Origin: a virus
DNA: 64,000 nt
IMG/VR virus record: IMGVR_UViG_3300046170_000289
Reading direction: 5' to 3' (one strand)
Of this stretch, positions 36,719 to 45,262 are shown one piece after another. The notes under the pieces were generated by a model that searched no databases, was not told where the DNA came from, and was given only the letters and a program-made list of their open reading frames with translations. How positions within the stretch are numbered: the stretch's first letter is position 1; every line of letters begins with the position of its first letter. Position numbers and translations under genes: made by a program.

Positions 36719-36747
36719 ACTATATATAACATTTCTTAACTTGTCAA
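36719..36747 (-). promoter_or_regulatory. sigma70-like hli promoter
   Basis: TTGACA-17nt-TATAGT. Confidence 0.8.
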
Positions 36748-36765
36748 GCCCCCTTGGGCAGATCC

Positions 36766-37107
36766 TTAAGAAAATGTGATGACATCCTGACCACCGATCA
36801 CTCCACCGAGGTCTACAGGTTGTGCTGCTTGGTCACCGTAGGCACTAAAGGTGATGTGATCACTGCCCTCACCACCAACGATACCAGTGTCAATGTTTTG
36901 GAAGTCATAGTTATCATTGAGATAGATCGGACTGCTAGGGAATTCGATCTGTGGCACGTCCTCTGCACATGCTTCAGTGATGGTCTGTAGACCATTGTAG
37001 TGACGCCACAACTCACTCAGGTGACTACGGTTGAAGTTGGGGTCGTCGATCGCACTGTGCAGTGCTTTCTTGAGTGCTTCTGTTGCTGCTGTCAATTCTG
37101 CTTTCAT
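36766..37107 (-). CDS. hypothetical phage protein
   Basis: MKAELTAATEALKKAL..SELWRHYNGL; start placed at 37107. Confidence 0.6.
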   Translation of the reverse strand: MKAELTAATEALKKALHSAIDDPNFNRSHLSELWRHYNGLQTITEACAEDVPQIEFPSSPIYLNDNYDFQNIDTGIVGGEGSDHITFSAYGDQAAQPVDLGGVIGGQDVITFS

Positions 37108-37270
37108 AATTCCAGTGACGGATAACTCCGCTGACGATAAAACAATTGGTGACAAGATAGGATACAAAAATGCAGGTACGAATACCTGCAATGTAATTAT
37201 CGTAGGGTCCTGTCTTGTCATCAGAGAATGACCCTAGGGAATACTTCCATATATCGACTAACTTCTTCAC
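37025..37270 (-). CDS. small membrane hypothetical protein
   Basis: IWKYSLGSFSDDKT..IAGIRT..TNCFIVSGVIRHW. Confidence 0.6.
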   Translation of the reverse strand: MKKLVDIWKYSLGSFSDDKTGPYDNYIAGIRTCIFVSYLVTNCFIVSGVIRHWNYESRIDSSNRSTQESTAQCDRRPQLQP

Positions 37271-37797
37271 CGTTGGAATACAATGTTGAATGATAAACTT
37301 AGTCGATCATGGTCTGAAGTATTTGTTTTGATACCATGAGTGAGGTATCCAGGAAACAATACCATACTACCCTGAATAGGTTGTATGTCATGATAGTTTC
37401 TTGCTTGAGACCAGACGCTAGTGGTTGCTGCTAGTGCAGGATTCATGAAGTAAAGGTTACCCTCGTCTCCATTAGTCTTGTAATAGTATACACCAGACAT
37501 GTCAGAGTGACCATGCTGGTGTGCAACAGCATACTGACCAGGCTCTAACCTAGTCATCCATGATGCAGTGATACGAAAATCATCACGTCCTGTGTAATTC
37601 ATGATGTGATCTGCAATCTCTCTACCAAGACTATCAGGTATAATGGTCTTGGAAAATGTTTTATCAGAGATGAAATGAGTATCCCATAGGTTTTCCCATT
37701 CAATACTCGCCTCTACATCAGAGAGATCACTCTGAATTACATCATAGTTGGATACCTTCTCAAGGTATATCCTAGTGGGAAACAGATCTAGAAACAT
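37267..37797 (-). CDS. 2OG-Fe(II) oxygenase (TIGR02466-like)
   Basis: HQHGHSDMSGVYY, LFPGYLTHG, RLSLSFN. Confidence 0.85.
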   Translation of the reverse strand: MFLDLFPTRIYLEKVSNYDVIQSDLSDVEASIEWENLWDTHFISDKTFSKTIIPDSLGREIADHIMNYTGRDDFRITASWMTRLEPGQYAVAHQHGHSDMSGVYYYKTNGDEGNLYFMNPALAATTSVWSQARNYHDIQPIQGSMVLFPGYLTHGIKTNTSDHDRLSLSFNIVFQR

Positions 37798-38023
37798 TTT
37801 CTTTTACATAGCAAGGCACACCAGCTGGGTCTAACCATTTGGCATACTCAAAGTCTTCAATAGCAAGAAGCAACTGATCACCATTATCAAAGAGATAGAT
37901 GTCAGAATACTTCTTAGTATACTCGTCTGCTTTTTGCAAACGATAGTCAGGTTTACCATTCAATTCAATGATACCCCTCTGCACATAGCGATATGGAAAC
38001 CGCTCGTGAATGACTGTGGTCAT
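37772..38023 (-). CDS. hypothetical cyanophage protein
   Basis: ERFPYRYV..NGKPDYRLQK..YAKWLDPAGVPCY. Confidence 0.7.
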   Translation of the reverse strand: MTTVIHERFPYRYVQRGIIELNGKPDYRLQKADEYTKKYSDIYLFDNGDQLLLAIEDFEYAKWLDPAGVPCYVKENVSRSVSH

Positions 38024-38198
38024 GGTCGTCTGAGTGTCTTCAGATATGATAGCACATCCTCACGGATCCACAACAGTTCGTGGTAGCATTTCTCGGAATG
38101 AGCACATGCCCTTAGACCTGGGTCTGGAGCGTAGACACTCTCGATAAAAATATCTAGTCCCCGATTCCACTTTTCGTCTTGCGTTTGCATGTAACTCC

Positions 38199-38822
38199 TT
38201 AGGTAAAACTAAACCAACCTGTAATGATCTTCTTCTCTTCTGTATCAGACACCCTACCACGATGGTGGAATGTCCAATCTGCTGGCCAGATCACAGTGTA
38301 TCCACGCTGCGCTGGGACATACTTCTGTTGGTGATACCATTCAGTGCCACCATCAGGGACATCATTTAGATATGTCATGAAGACTAAATGACGGTAGGTG
38401 TTTCCAGGCAGAGCATTAGACCTTTCGGTATGCCACTGCTTGAATCCACCGCCTTTAGGATACCACTGCATAGACAGTGGTTCCTTTACTTGGAATCGTG
38501 AGGTCTCTGAGAATGGAAACCTCTCCAAGTATTGATTGAGCACGCCTTGAAGTGCCTTCAGGTAGTTAACCACTTCGGGGCAAGACAATTGATGGGGGAT
38601 GAGCAGATCGAGAGAGTCTTTATAACTCTTATCAACTGTTACATCTCCCTGTCGCATGACCATTCCCTCATGAAACTCCAAGACGTTTTGTTTATGCCAG
38701 AAATCTTCAAGTCCCGTCACAACGGATTCATCAATAAAGTTACCCCAGATAAAGTCATTACACTCATCATTAAGTGGGGTGCAGACGCGACCTTTATAAA
38801 TTACGATTTCTTCTTTAAGCAT
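38199..38822 (-). CDS. 2OG-Fe(II) oxygenase (prolyl-hydroxylase-like)
   Basis: WHTER, RHLVFMTYLNDVPDGGTEW, FHHRG, KIITGW. Confidence 0.88.
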   Translation of the reverse strand: MLKEEIVIYKGRVCTPLNDECNDFIWGNFIDESVVTGLEDFWHKQNVLEFHEGMVMRQGDVTVDKSYKDSLDLLIPHQLSCPEVVNYLKALQGVLNQYLERFPFSETSRFQVKEPLSMQWYPKGGGFKQWHTERSNALPGNTYRHLVFMTYLNDVPDGGTEWYHQQKYVPAQRGYTVIWPADWTFHHRGRVSDTEEKKIITGWFSFT

Positions 38823-38845
38823 AAGTATCCCGACCAGGGTAAAGT

Positions 38846-39070
38846 TTAGGTCATTTCCAAGACGCCATCGGCAATCATGTTATCAATGAGAATCGTATAG
38901 TCCTCCTCTACATCTAGTCCCCAAAAGTGGACGTGACGTGCGCTCTTATCACTATAAAAACGACAGAGTGCTTGGAAGAGGGGTGGATACTCTATGTCAA
39001 GGGCAATGTTACCATTGACAGTATCCTTCAGGATTTGCATTGAATCTGCAAAGCGATCTCTAACAGTCAT
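38846..39070 (-). CDS. hypothetical cyanophage protein
   Basis: AGGAG RBS; VHFWGLDVEEDY. Confidence 0.65.
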   Translation of the reverse strand: MTVRDRFADSMQILKDTVNGNIALDIEYPPLFQALCRFYSDKSARHVHFWGLDVEEDYTILIDNMIADGVLEMT

Positions 39071-39112
39071 GACTGACTCCTATGTGGTTTTCCGACTTGC
39101 ACCGAAGTGCAA

Positions 39113-39186
39113 CGATCCAGGTTGGATTCGAACCAACGACCGACTGCTTAGAAGGCAGTTGCTCTATTCCACTGAGCTACTGGACC
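39113..39186 (-). tRNA. tRNA-Arg (UCU)
   Basis: Cloverleaf: GGTCCAG acceptor, TAGCTCAGTGGA D arm, ACTGC-CTTCTAA-GCAGT anticodon arm, GTTCGAATC T arm; no encoded CCA. Confidence 0.95.
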
Positions 39187-39191
39187 GAGGG

Positions 39192-39782
39192 TTAAGCAGG
39201 AATACGCACTATAGGATCGCCTTCCCACATAGTCCTCTTAACCTTGTCAACTTTACCTCGTATGTTAAACGAGACAATGGTGCGTGATTTGTCAGACTCA
39301 TTGGGTAGTGCCTCATGTGCAATGGTTGCTGGAAAGATAACCATGTCCCCTTCATTAACAGGTGGGATGAAGGTCTGTAACCTACCACTCCAAGGGTTAT
39401 TGAAAGGTGAGATGAATTGCGTGGCTTGATGGACTTTAGGATCAAAGTCCACATACATTACTGCTGACCATCCACTGTGTCCATGATTGTGTAGACCGTG
39501 CTTCTGACCTTTGTATGATGTTTGACACCACATGTCAGTAAACTCGATGCGTCTACGCTCAGTAAACTCAGCAAGGTATGGCTCGATGATAGCAATCACC
39601 GTGTCAGCATAAGCAGGCAGCAACTTCTCATCCTGATGGAAGAAGTCAGTATACTGCTCGCCGTTAGATTCTAGATGCTCTTGCCCAAAGATGGGGAGAG
39701 CATTCATAATCCTTTCTTTATTCTGTTTCCAATTCTGTATTTCATAGTGTGCAATCGGAATAGAAAATAAAGAATGAATCAT
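39192..39782 (-). CDS. 2OG-Fe(II) oxygenase (TIGR02466-like)
   Basis: HGLHNHG..WSAVMYV, IFPATIAHE, RTIVSFN. Confidence 0.85.
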   Translation of the reverse strand: MIHSLFSIPIAHYEIQNWKQNKERIMNALPIFGQEHLESNGEQYTDFFHQDEKLLPAYADTVIAIIEPYLAEFTERRRIEFTDMWCQTSYKGQKHGLHNHGHSGWSAVMYVDFDPKVHQATQFISPFNNPWSGRLQTFIPPVNEGDMVIFPATIAHEALPNESDKSRTIVSFNIRGKVDKVKRTMWEGDPIVRIPA

Positions 39783-39928
39783 GCTGTTTCAGATTGTTGT
39801 TTGATCTTCTCTGCGAGGACTTGACCCCGTAGGTGATCTCCTGCTGCTAAGGCTTCGTGTAATTGATCCACTAGAAATTCGATTGTATAATTAATCTCAT
39901 CAATCTCCTCAAGAAATTGATCTTCCAT
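39779..39928 (-). CDS. small hypothetical protein (49 aa; not in ORF track)
   Basis: Hand translation MEDQFLEEIDEINYTIEFLVDQLHEAL..; ATGA coupling. Confidence 0.55.
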   Translation of the reverse strand: MEDQFLEEIDEINYTIEFLVDQLHEALAAGDHLRGQVLAEKIKQQSETA

Positions 39929-39974
39929 GATGGGTCTCCGCTCCTTAACTTGCTAATTATATATGCTCGATAGG

Positions 39975-40313
39975 TCAGGTGTCAACCCCGAAATGTTTGA
40001 TAAACCATTCGGCATCCACTACCACTAGAGGTTGCTTCCTGTTTTTCTTCATAAAAAGAATAGGTTCGTGATCTCCTGAGTTGGCACATGCCTGATCGTA
40101 AGCATCGTAGACATTTAATTTCTCTACATTCTTACACTCAATACTAAAAGGAAACTTCTTCCTAGCATCTCGTGCCATGATAAGATCTTCTCCACCAGCA
40201 CCCATGCTGCGAGACTCAATGTCCTCTGGGTGGACATCTCTATGCTCAATGAGCATATCTCTCACCCACTTCTGGAAGTTTCTACCCTTTGCTTTCGCAC
40301 TCTGTGGTTTCAT
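39975..40313 (-). CDS. PD-(D/E)XK endonuclease (Holliday-junction-resolvase-like)
   Basis: SAKAKGR..GAGGEDL..SIECKN..PILF. Confidence 0.8.
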   Translation of the reverse strand: MKPQSAKAKGRNFQKWVRDMLIEHRDVHPEDIESRSMGAGGEDLIMARDARKKFPFSIECKNVEKLNVYDAYDQACANSGDHEPILFMKKNRKQPLVVVDAEWFIKHFGVDT

Positions 40314-40477
40314 CTTCCTTCTCGCTCATCGAGTGCCTCGTGAATGATTTCCTTCAACTCGATACGCTCTTGTGGTGTGAAGATTGTCCGCTTGGGTACG
40401 ACAAGAGGAGGATACTCACGTTGTGGGATCGCTGGTCCTTTACCAGGCAATGACATACCCTGAGTATCAATCTTCAT
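40310..40477 (-). CDS. small hypothetical protein
   Basis: MKIDTQGMS..IFTPQERIELKEII; ATGA coupling. Confidence 0.6.
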   Translation of the reverse strand: MKIDTQGMSLPGKGPAIPQREYPPLVVPKRTIFTPQERIELKEIIHEALDEREGR

Positions 40478-40682
40478 CTTCTTCTGTCTCCTTCTTAAAT
40501 CCAAACGGTGCAACCTTATCTTCCTCCAGTCTCAACTTGAGTGCAACAGCACCCAGAGACTCCATTACTTTGAGGATGTCTTCGGTCTTAGCATCACCGC
40601 CCAATTCTTTGGCAACATACCAATACTTTTCCCAGAAAGTATCGCCTGCCTTTTTGTAATCATCTAGTGTTAGTAGTTTCAT
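40467..40682 (-). CDS. hypothetical cyanophage protein
   Basis: KTEDILKVMESLGAVALKLR..PFGF. Confidence 0.7.
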   Translation of the reverse strand: MKLLTLDDYKKAGDTFWEKYWYVAKELGGDAKTEDILKVMESLGAVALKLRLEEDKVAPFGFKKETEEDED

Positions 40683-40867
40683 CAGTCTGCATAACCATCA
40701 TCATCGTCACTATATCTATATCCCAAACGCTCTGCCTGGTTGGGAGGAAACCATGGTTTGTCAGGCACGGGTTTGTATGCATCAGGATCTTCTTTGATAG
40801 CATCCTCTAGGGAGATTGCTAGGAGTTTAAGATTGTGTGCAATCAGTTTTACTTTCTCGTGATTCAT
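40682..40867 (-). CDS. hypothetical cyanophage protein
   Basis: MNHEKVKLIAHNLKLL..DDDDGYAD. Confidence 0.65.
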   Translation of the reverse strand: MNHEKVKLIAHNLKLLAISLEDAIKEDPDAYKPVPDKPWFPPNQAERLGYRYSDDDDGYAD

Positions 40868-40884
40868 AGATGTAAAAGAATATT

Positions 40885-40908
40885 AAAAAAGAGGGGTCAC
40901 CCCCTCTT
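40885..40908 (-). terminator. terminator after DUF4278 gene
   Basis: AAGAGGGG/CCCCTCTT hairpin running into a T tract. Confidence 0.7.
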
Positions 40909-40916
40909 TACTTAGG

Positions 40917-41084
40917 TCACTTGCTGTAGGTCTGCCCACGGTAGCAGAAAGTCCCATGGGACTCAGTGCTTTCCACACAACGTGTGTCATACTTAACACC
41001 ACGGTATGAGGTGTGAGTAATCTGTGCGTCATGCAAGGCAGATGCCTTGTGGATTTGCTTGCGAATGAGGTTAAGTGTGTTCAT
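40917..41084 (-). CDS. DUF4278-like small protein
   Basis: Two YRG motifs (TSYRGVKY, CYRGQTY); GAGGA RBS. Confidence 0.8.
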   Translation of the reverse strand: MNTLNLIRKQIHKASALHDAQITHTSYRGVKYDTRCVESTESHGTFCYRGQTYSK

Positions 41085-41116
41085 GAGTATGTCCTCTGAA
41101 GTTAGGGTTTTTAATC

Positions 41117-41360
41117 CCCGTTCCTTCAGCCGTTTTCGTCCCAATACCACTCACATTCTGGTGCTGATTCCTTTAAGGTATCGACCAACTCGATCTTAAC
41201 TTGATTGCTAAGATTCTGATTGCTCTCAATCTTCAGCATGATAGCGTCAGTCTGAGTGCAGGTGAGTGTTGAATAGAATAATAGTTCTAGCATGGGATGA
41301 ACGCTCCGTTCCGCGACTTACTTGCGTCCAAAAGGATATAGAGTCCCTTGGATGAACGTA
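41117..41360 (-). ncRNA. tandem glutamine-riboswitch-like aptamers
   Basis: Two copies of CGUUCA-UCC..GGA-CG(C/A)A..GGAACGG upstream of a DUF4278 gene. Confidence 0.65.
41126..41293 (-). CDS. 55-aa ORF nested in second aptamer (not in ORF track)
   Basis: Hand translation MLELLFYSTLTCTQTDAIMLKIESNQNLSNQVKIELVDTLKESAPECEWYWDENG. Confidence 0.7.
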   Translation of the reverse strand: MLELLFYSTLTCTQTDAIMLKIESNQNLSNQVKIELVDTLKESAPECEWYWDENG

Positions 41361-41365
41361 TGGTC

Positions 41366-41394
41366 ATGATAACATGACATGACTATTTATGCAA
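41366..41394 (-). promoter_or_regulatory. sigma70-like promoter with overlapping late-like CATAAATA
   Basis: TTGCAT-17nt-TATCAT just upstream of aptamer 1. Confidence 0.6.
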
Positions 41395-41399
41395 GTCCC

Positions 41400-41603
41400 T
41401 TATTTATCACGTTTCTTTTTACGACGATTGAGTTTATAAGGGGTGTTGCTAATGGGCTTGGTATTCTTTAAGTCCTTCTTGAGTTTCTTCAAGAAAGATA
41501 AGTGGTCCCTTATACCATGTATCGGGGTCTTCGGAATACCAGTCGATTGTGTCTCGTTTGTATAAAGGGACCTCGCTTGTCTCTTCCAATTTCTTCTCGG
41601 CAT
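41400..41603 (-). CDS. small basic hypothetical protein
   Basis: HLSFLKKLKKDLK; frame and start uncertain. Confidence 0.4.
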   Translation of the reverse strand: MPRRNWKRQARSLYTNETQSTGIPKTPIHGIRDHLSFLKKLKKDLKNTKPISNTPYKLNRRKKKRDK

Positions 41604-41653
41604 TGTGATGTGTACCTGGATACACCTTGGGTATCCGTATCCATGTTGTAATT

Positions 41654-42790
41654 TTATAGCTTAAACCCGCTAAAAGTTTCCGCACTAACATCCTGCTTGA
41701 TTCCTCCGACGACATAGGATTCAATCTCAGTTTCCTGAGGGGCATTTTGTTGACCCTTGCTATTTAGCCAGTGCTCTGTCCAAGGCAGAGGATTGTTTTT
41801 AGCAGGGATGTCGAAGGCAGGTGCTAGACCGATTGCTTTCATACGACGATTAGCAATCCACTCAACGTATTGAGAAAGGAGACGCTCGTTAAGACCGATC
41901 ATGCTACCATTCTCAAACAAATATTTTGCCCACTCTTTCTCTTGGGATACTGCGTCAAGAAACATCTGACGCACTGTCTCCTCTTCTTCCTTGATGATCT
42001 CTTGCATCTCAGGATCGTCACCCTTCTTCCACTTGTAGAGGATCTTCTGGGTCAACGCGAGATGTTGCGACTCATCCCTGGCAATAAGGGAGATAATTTT
42101 TGCAGAACCTTCCATGAGTTTAAGTTCACCAAAAGCAAAACTGCAAGCAAAAGAAACATAAAACCGTATACCTTCAAGGATGTTAACATTAGCGACCGCC
42201 AGATAAAGTTTACGCTTGACATCCCTCATAGTCCATTGGGCAGTGGGGGAATCTTGCCAAGTTCCTTTCCACATGTTACTGAGTGACCACTCAGTTGCTA
42301 CCTCAATGAAGTCATTGTATGCTTTGCATACTGCAGTAGCACGGTCAAGGATCTTGTCGTTGTCTAATACCGCATCGAAGACTTCTGATGGGTCTGCGTA
42401 TACGTTTTTGATGATATGAGTATAGGAGCGGGAGTGAATCTGCTCCATGAATTCCCATACTCCCATGCATCCTTCCAACTCTGGAAGACTACAGTAAGGT
42501 GAGAATGCCATGCCAGGACCCCGCCCTTGCACAGAGTCCAGAAGGATCTGATACTTAAGATTGCTGGTGTAGATATGTTTTTGTTGCTCATTCAGTGTCT
42601 TGTAATCGGCACGGTCCTTCTGTAGAGATACCTCTTCAGGTCTCCAGAAGTAACCGAGTTGTGTCTGTGTTAATTTATCGAAGTCAGGATACTTGTATTC
42701 ATCGTAGCGTTGCATCCCTAGGGGTGCTCCGAAAAACATCGGTTGTTTTTTGGTGTCCACTTTCTTATCGTTGAAAACAGTCAATCCCAT
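41654..42790 (-). CDS. nrdB: class Ia ribonucleotide reductase beta subunit
   Basis: FWRPEEVSL, LDSVQG, EQIHSRSY, LEGIRFYVSF, RDESQH, PQETEIESY. Confidence 0.97.
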   Translation of the reverse strand: MGLTVFNDKKVDTKKQPMFFGAPLGMQRYDEYKYPDFDKLTQTQLGYFWRPEEVSLQKDRADYKTLNEQQKHIYTSNLKYQILLDSVQGRGPGMAFSPYCSLPELEGCMGVWEFMEQIHSRSYTHIIKNVYADPSEVFDAVLDNDKILDRATAVCKAYNDFIEVATEWSLSNMWKGTWQDSPTAQWTMRDVKRKLYLAVANVNILEGIRFYVSFACSFAFGELKLMEGSAKIISLIARDESQHLALTQKILYKWKKGDDPEMQEIIKEEEETVRQMFLDAVSQEKEWAKYLFENGSMIGLNERLLSQYVEWIANRRMKAIGLAPAFDIPAKNNPLPWTEHWLNSKGQQNAPQETEIESYVVGGIKQDVSAETFSGFKL

Positions 42791-42948
42791 TTTGGCTCCC
42801 TTGGATTCGTGCATGTACCGTAATTGTAAACATAATTTAGAAATGCATTGATCCTTGGAGCAACCTCCAGTGATGTGCAGCAATCAATGTAGGACTCGAA
42901 GTCTTCCTGCAAGTCCTTACATAGTGTAATCGTAACTTCTTTAGACAT
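42781..42948 (-). CDS. small hypothetical protein between nrdA and nrdB
   Basis: MSKEVTITLCKDLQEDFESYIDCC.. Confidence 0.55.
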   Translation of the reverse strand: MSKEVTITLCKDLQEDFESYIDCCTSLEVAPRINAFLNYVYNYGTCTNPREPKWD

Positions 42949-45262
42949 TACAAGCGTCGCATTCAGACTCGTCGCTTGCATCAATCTCTGCTAGGAGATT
43001 GTTTAACTTATCTGTGGTCTCATCAACCCACCCAATTGAATGAGCAGGCTCATCGACATCCTTCTTAGCATCATAGGTATTCTGATAATAAGATGTCTTC
43101 CAACCATACTTGTAAGTCATCAGTAGATCTTGTGCCATAACGGATACAGGCACTTCGTTGTTGTCGAATTTCTCTGGGTTATAAGACCAGTTGCCAGAGA
43201 TGGCTTGGTCAAAGAATTTCTGCATGACTGCAACAATCTCAACGTATCCTTTGTTGGATTGCATTTCCCATAGGAGAGTGTAATTATTTTTTAGTGTATT
43301 GTATTGAGGGACAATCTGCTTAAGAGGTCCTTTCTTTGATTTCTTAATGGACAAGTAGTCTCTAGGCGGCTCGATTCCATTGGTTGCGTTTGACACAACG
43401 GAGCTGCTCTCCGAAGGCATTTGTGCGGACAGAGTGCTGTGCCTGAGTCCGTATTCATCGATATCTTGCCTAAGAGTATCCCAATCATACTTGTATTCTG
43501 GTGCTACTAGGTCATCTACATCCTTCTTATATGTATCGATTGGAAGAAGTCCATCGGAATACTTTGTGCGATGGAATGCTTCACATGCTCCACGCTCTTC
43601 AGCAAGTTTGTTAGATGCTTTGAGCAGGTAGTATTGGAATGCTTCCGTCAACTCATGGACGAGTTTCAATGCACCTTTGTCATCATAATGCTCGCCATGC
43701 TTAGCAAGGTAGTGTGCTAGTCCAATGTATCCGATGCCCAGAGAGCGACGTGCCAGGGTGCTACGTTGAGCAGCAGCGACTGGATACTCCTGGTAGTCAA
43801 TCAACTCCTCCAGACCCCTCACAGAGAGGTCACAGAGGTCTTCCATCTCATCTAGGGACTTCAGTTTACCCACGTTGATAGCAGAGAGAATGCACAGAGC
43901 AATCTCACCACCACGATCATCAATGTGATTGATAGGATCAGTAGGCAGAGTGATCTCCTGACAGAGGTTACTCATATTCACCTTGTCCTTGAAGGAGGAG
44001 TGACTATTACAGTGGTCGATATTCATGATGTAGATACGACCTGTCTCTGCTCTCTCCTTTAGTAGATCAAGGAAGAGTTGTTGGGCAGAGATGGTGAGTC
44101 TAGGGATTGACTGATCCCTCTCGTAACTACAATACAGATCGTCAAACTCATCAGTGCCGAAAGCGTCATACAACCCAGGGACATCATGAGGACTAAAAAG
44201 CGAAACCTCTCCGTTTCCGATGAATCTTTCATAAAATAGTTTGCTAATTTGGACTGAGTAATCAAGTTTCCTTACCCTGTTATCTTCAGTGCCCTTGTTA
44301 TTCTTAAGGACAATGATATCTTCTATTTCTTTGTGCCAAATGGGGAAGTGGACTGTTGCGCTTCCACCTCGGACGCCATTTTGAGTGCAGCATCTGACAG
44401 TTGCTTCAAACTTTTTGAGAAATGGAACAACGCCTGTGTGCTGAACTTCACCGCCCCTGATTTTACTGTTGATGCCACGGATTCTTCCAGCATTAATACC
44501 GATGCCAGCCCTTTGAGCAACATAGTAACCGATAGCCATGTCACTACTAAAAATGCTATCGATGGTGTCATCAGCATCCACAAGAACACAGCTTGCAAAT
44601 TGTCGAAGTGGAGTCCGCACTCCTGCCATGATGGGCGTTGGGATGTTGATCCTGTGCTTCGAGATTGCGTTGTAGTATCGTCTGACATAATCGAGTCTTG
44701 TCTCTTTGGGGTATGTTTGGAAGAGAGTTGCTGCAATCATGATGTACATCTGTTGGGGTGTCTCATACACCTCACCAGACGACCGATCCTGCACGAGGTA
44801 TTTATCAACCACCTGCCTTAGACCAGCGTATGTAAACAAATAGTCACGGTCATGATCGATGAAGGATTCAATCTGATCCCACTCATCATCTGTGTATGCT
44901 TTGAGGATGGACTTATCGTAGACGCCACGCTCAATGCAGTCCCATACATGCTCCTGAATATGAGGACGCAAGTCTGGGTGTCCATTATACACTTGCTTAC
45001 GAAGACCAAACAGGAGCAGACGTGCTGCTACAAACTGATAGTTTGGTGCATCCAATGTAATCAAATCATTAGCAGAGCGCACAAGGATCTCTTGAATGTC
45101 ACTCGTCTTAATGCCATCAAATAGTTGCAGGTTAGCATTCATTTCGATTGCTGACTCTGACACACCAGCAAGTCCTCTGCAAGCGTGCTCTACCATTTCA
45201 TGGATTTTACTAAGGTGGATCTCTTCCACCTGTCCGTTGCGTTTGACAACTGTGTTGCTCAT
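42941..45262 (-). CDS. nrdA: class Ia ribonucleotide reductase alpha subunit
   Basis: ATP cone VVKRNG, FASCVL, SNLCQEI, MPSESSS, KTSYY, C-terminal ECDACNV; no intein. Confidence 0.98.
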   Translation of the reverse strand: MSNTVVKRNGQVEEIHLSKIHEMVEHACRGLAGVSESAIEMNANLQLFDGIKTSDIQEILVRSANDLITLDAPNYQFVAARLLLFGLRKQVYNGHPDLRPHIQEHVWDCIERGVYDKSILKAYTDDEWDQIESFIDHDRDYLFTYAGLRQVVDKYLVQDRSSGEVYETPQQMYIMIAATLFQTYPKETRLDYVRRYYNAISKHRINIPTPIMAGVRTPLRQFASCVLVDADDTIDSIFSSDMAIGYYVAQRAGIGINAGRIRGINSKIRGGEVQHTGVVPFLKKFEATVRCCTQNGVRGGSATVHFPIWHKEIEDIIVLKNNKGTEDNRVRKLDYSVQISKLFYERFIGNGEVSLFSPHDVPGLYDAFGTDEFDDLYCSYERDQSIPRLTISAQQLFLDLLKERAETGRIYIMNIDHCNSHSSFKDKVNMSNLCQEITLPTDPINHIDDRGGEIALCILSAINVGKLKSLDEMEDLCDLSVRGLEELIDYQEYPVAAAQRSTLARRSLGIGYIGLAHYLAKHGEHYDDKGALKLVHELTEAFQYYLLKASNKLAEERGACEAFHRTKYSDGLLPIDTYKKDVDDLVAPEYKYDWDTLRQDIDEYGLRHSTLSAQMPSESSSVVSNATNGIEPPRDYLSIKKSKKGPLKQIVPQYNTLKNNYTLLWEMQSNKGYVEIVAVMQKFFDQAISGNWSYNPEKFDNNEVPVSVMAQDLLMTYKYGWKTSYYQNTYDAKKDVDEPAHSIGWVDETTDKLNNLLAEIDASDESECDACNV

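Noticed and set aside
41449-41745. 98-aa minus-strand ORF overlapping the nrdB end
   Set aside because: Its start lies within nrdB in another frame and it overlaps the alternative 41400-41603 ORF; cannot be supported
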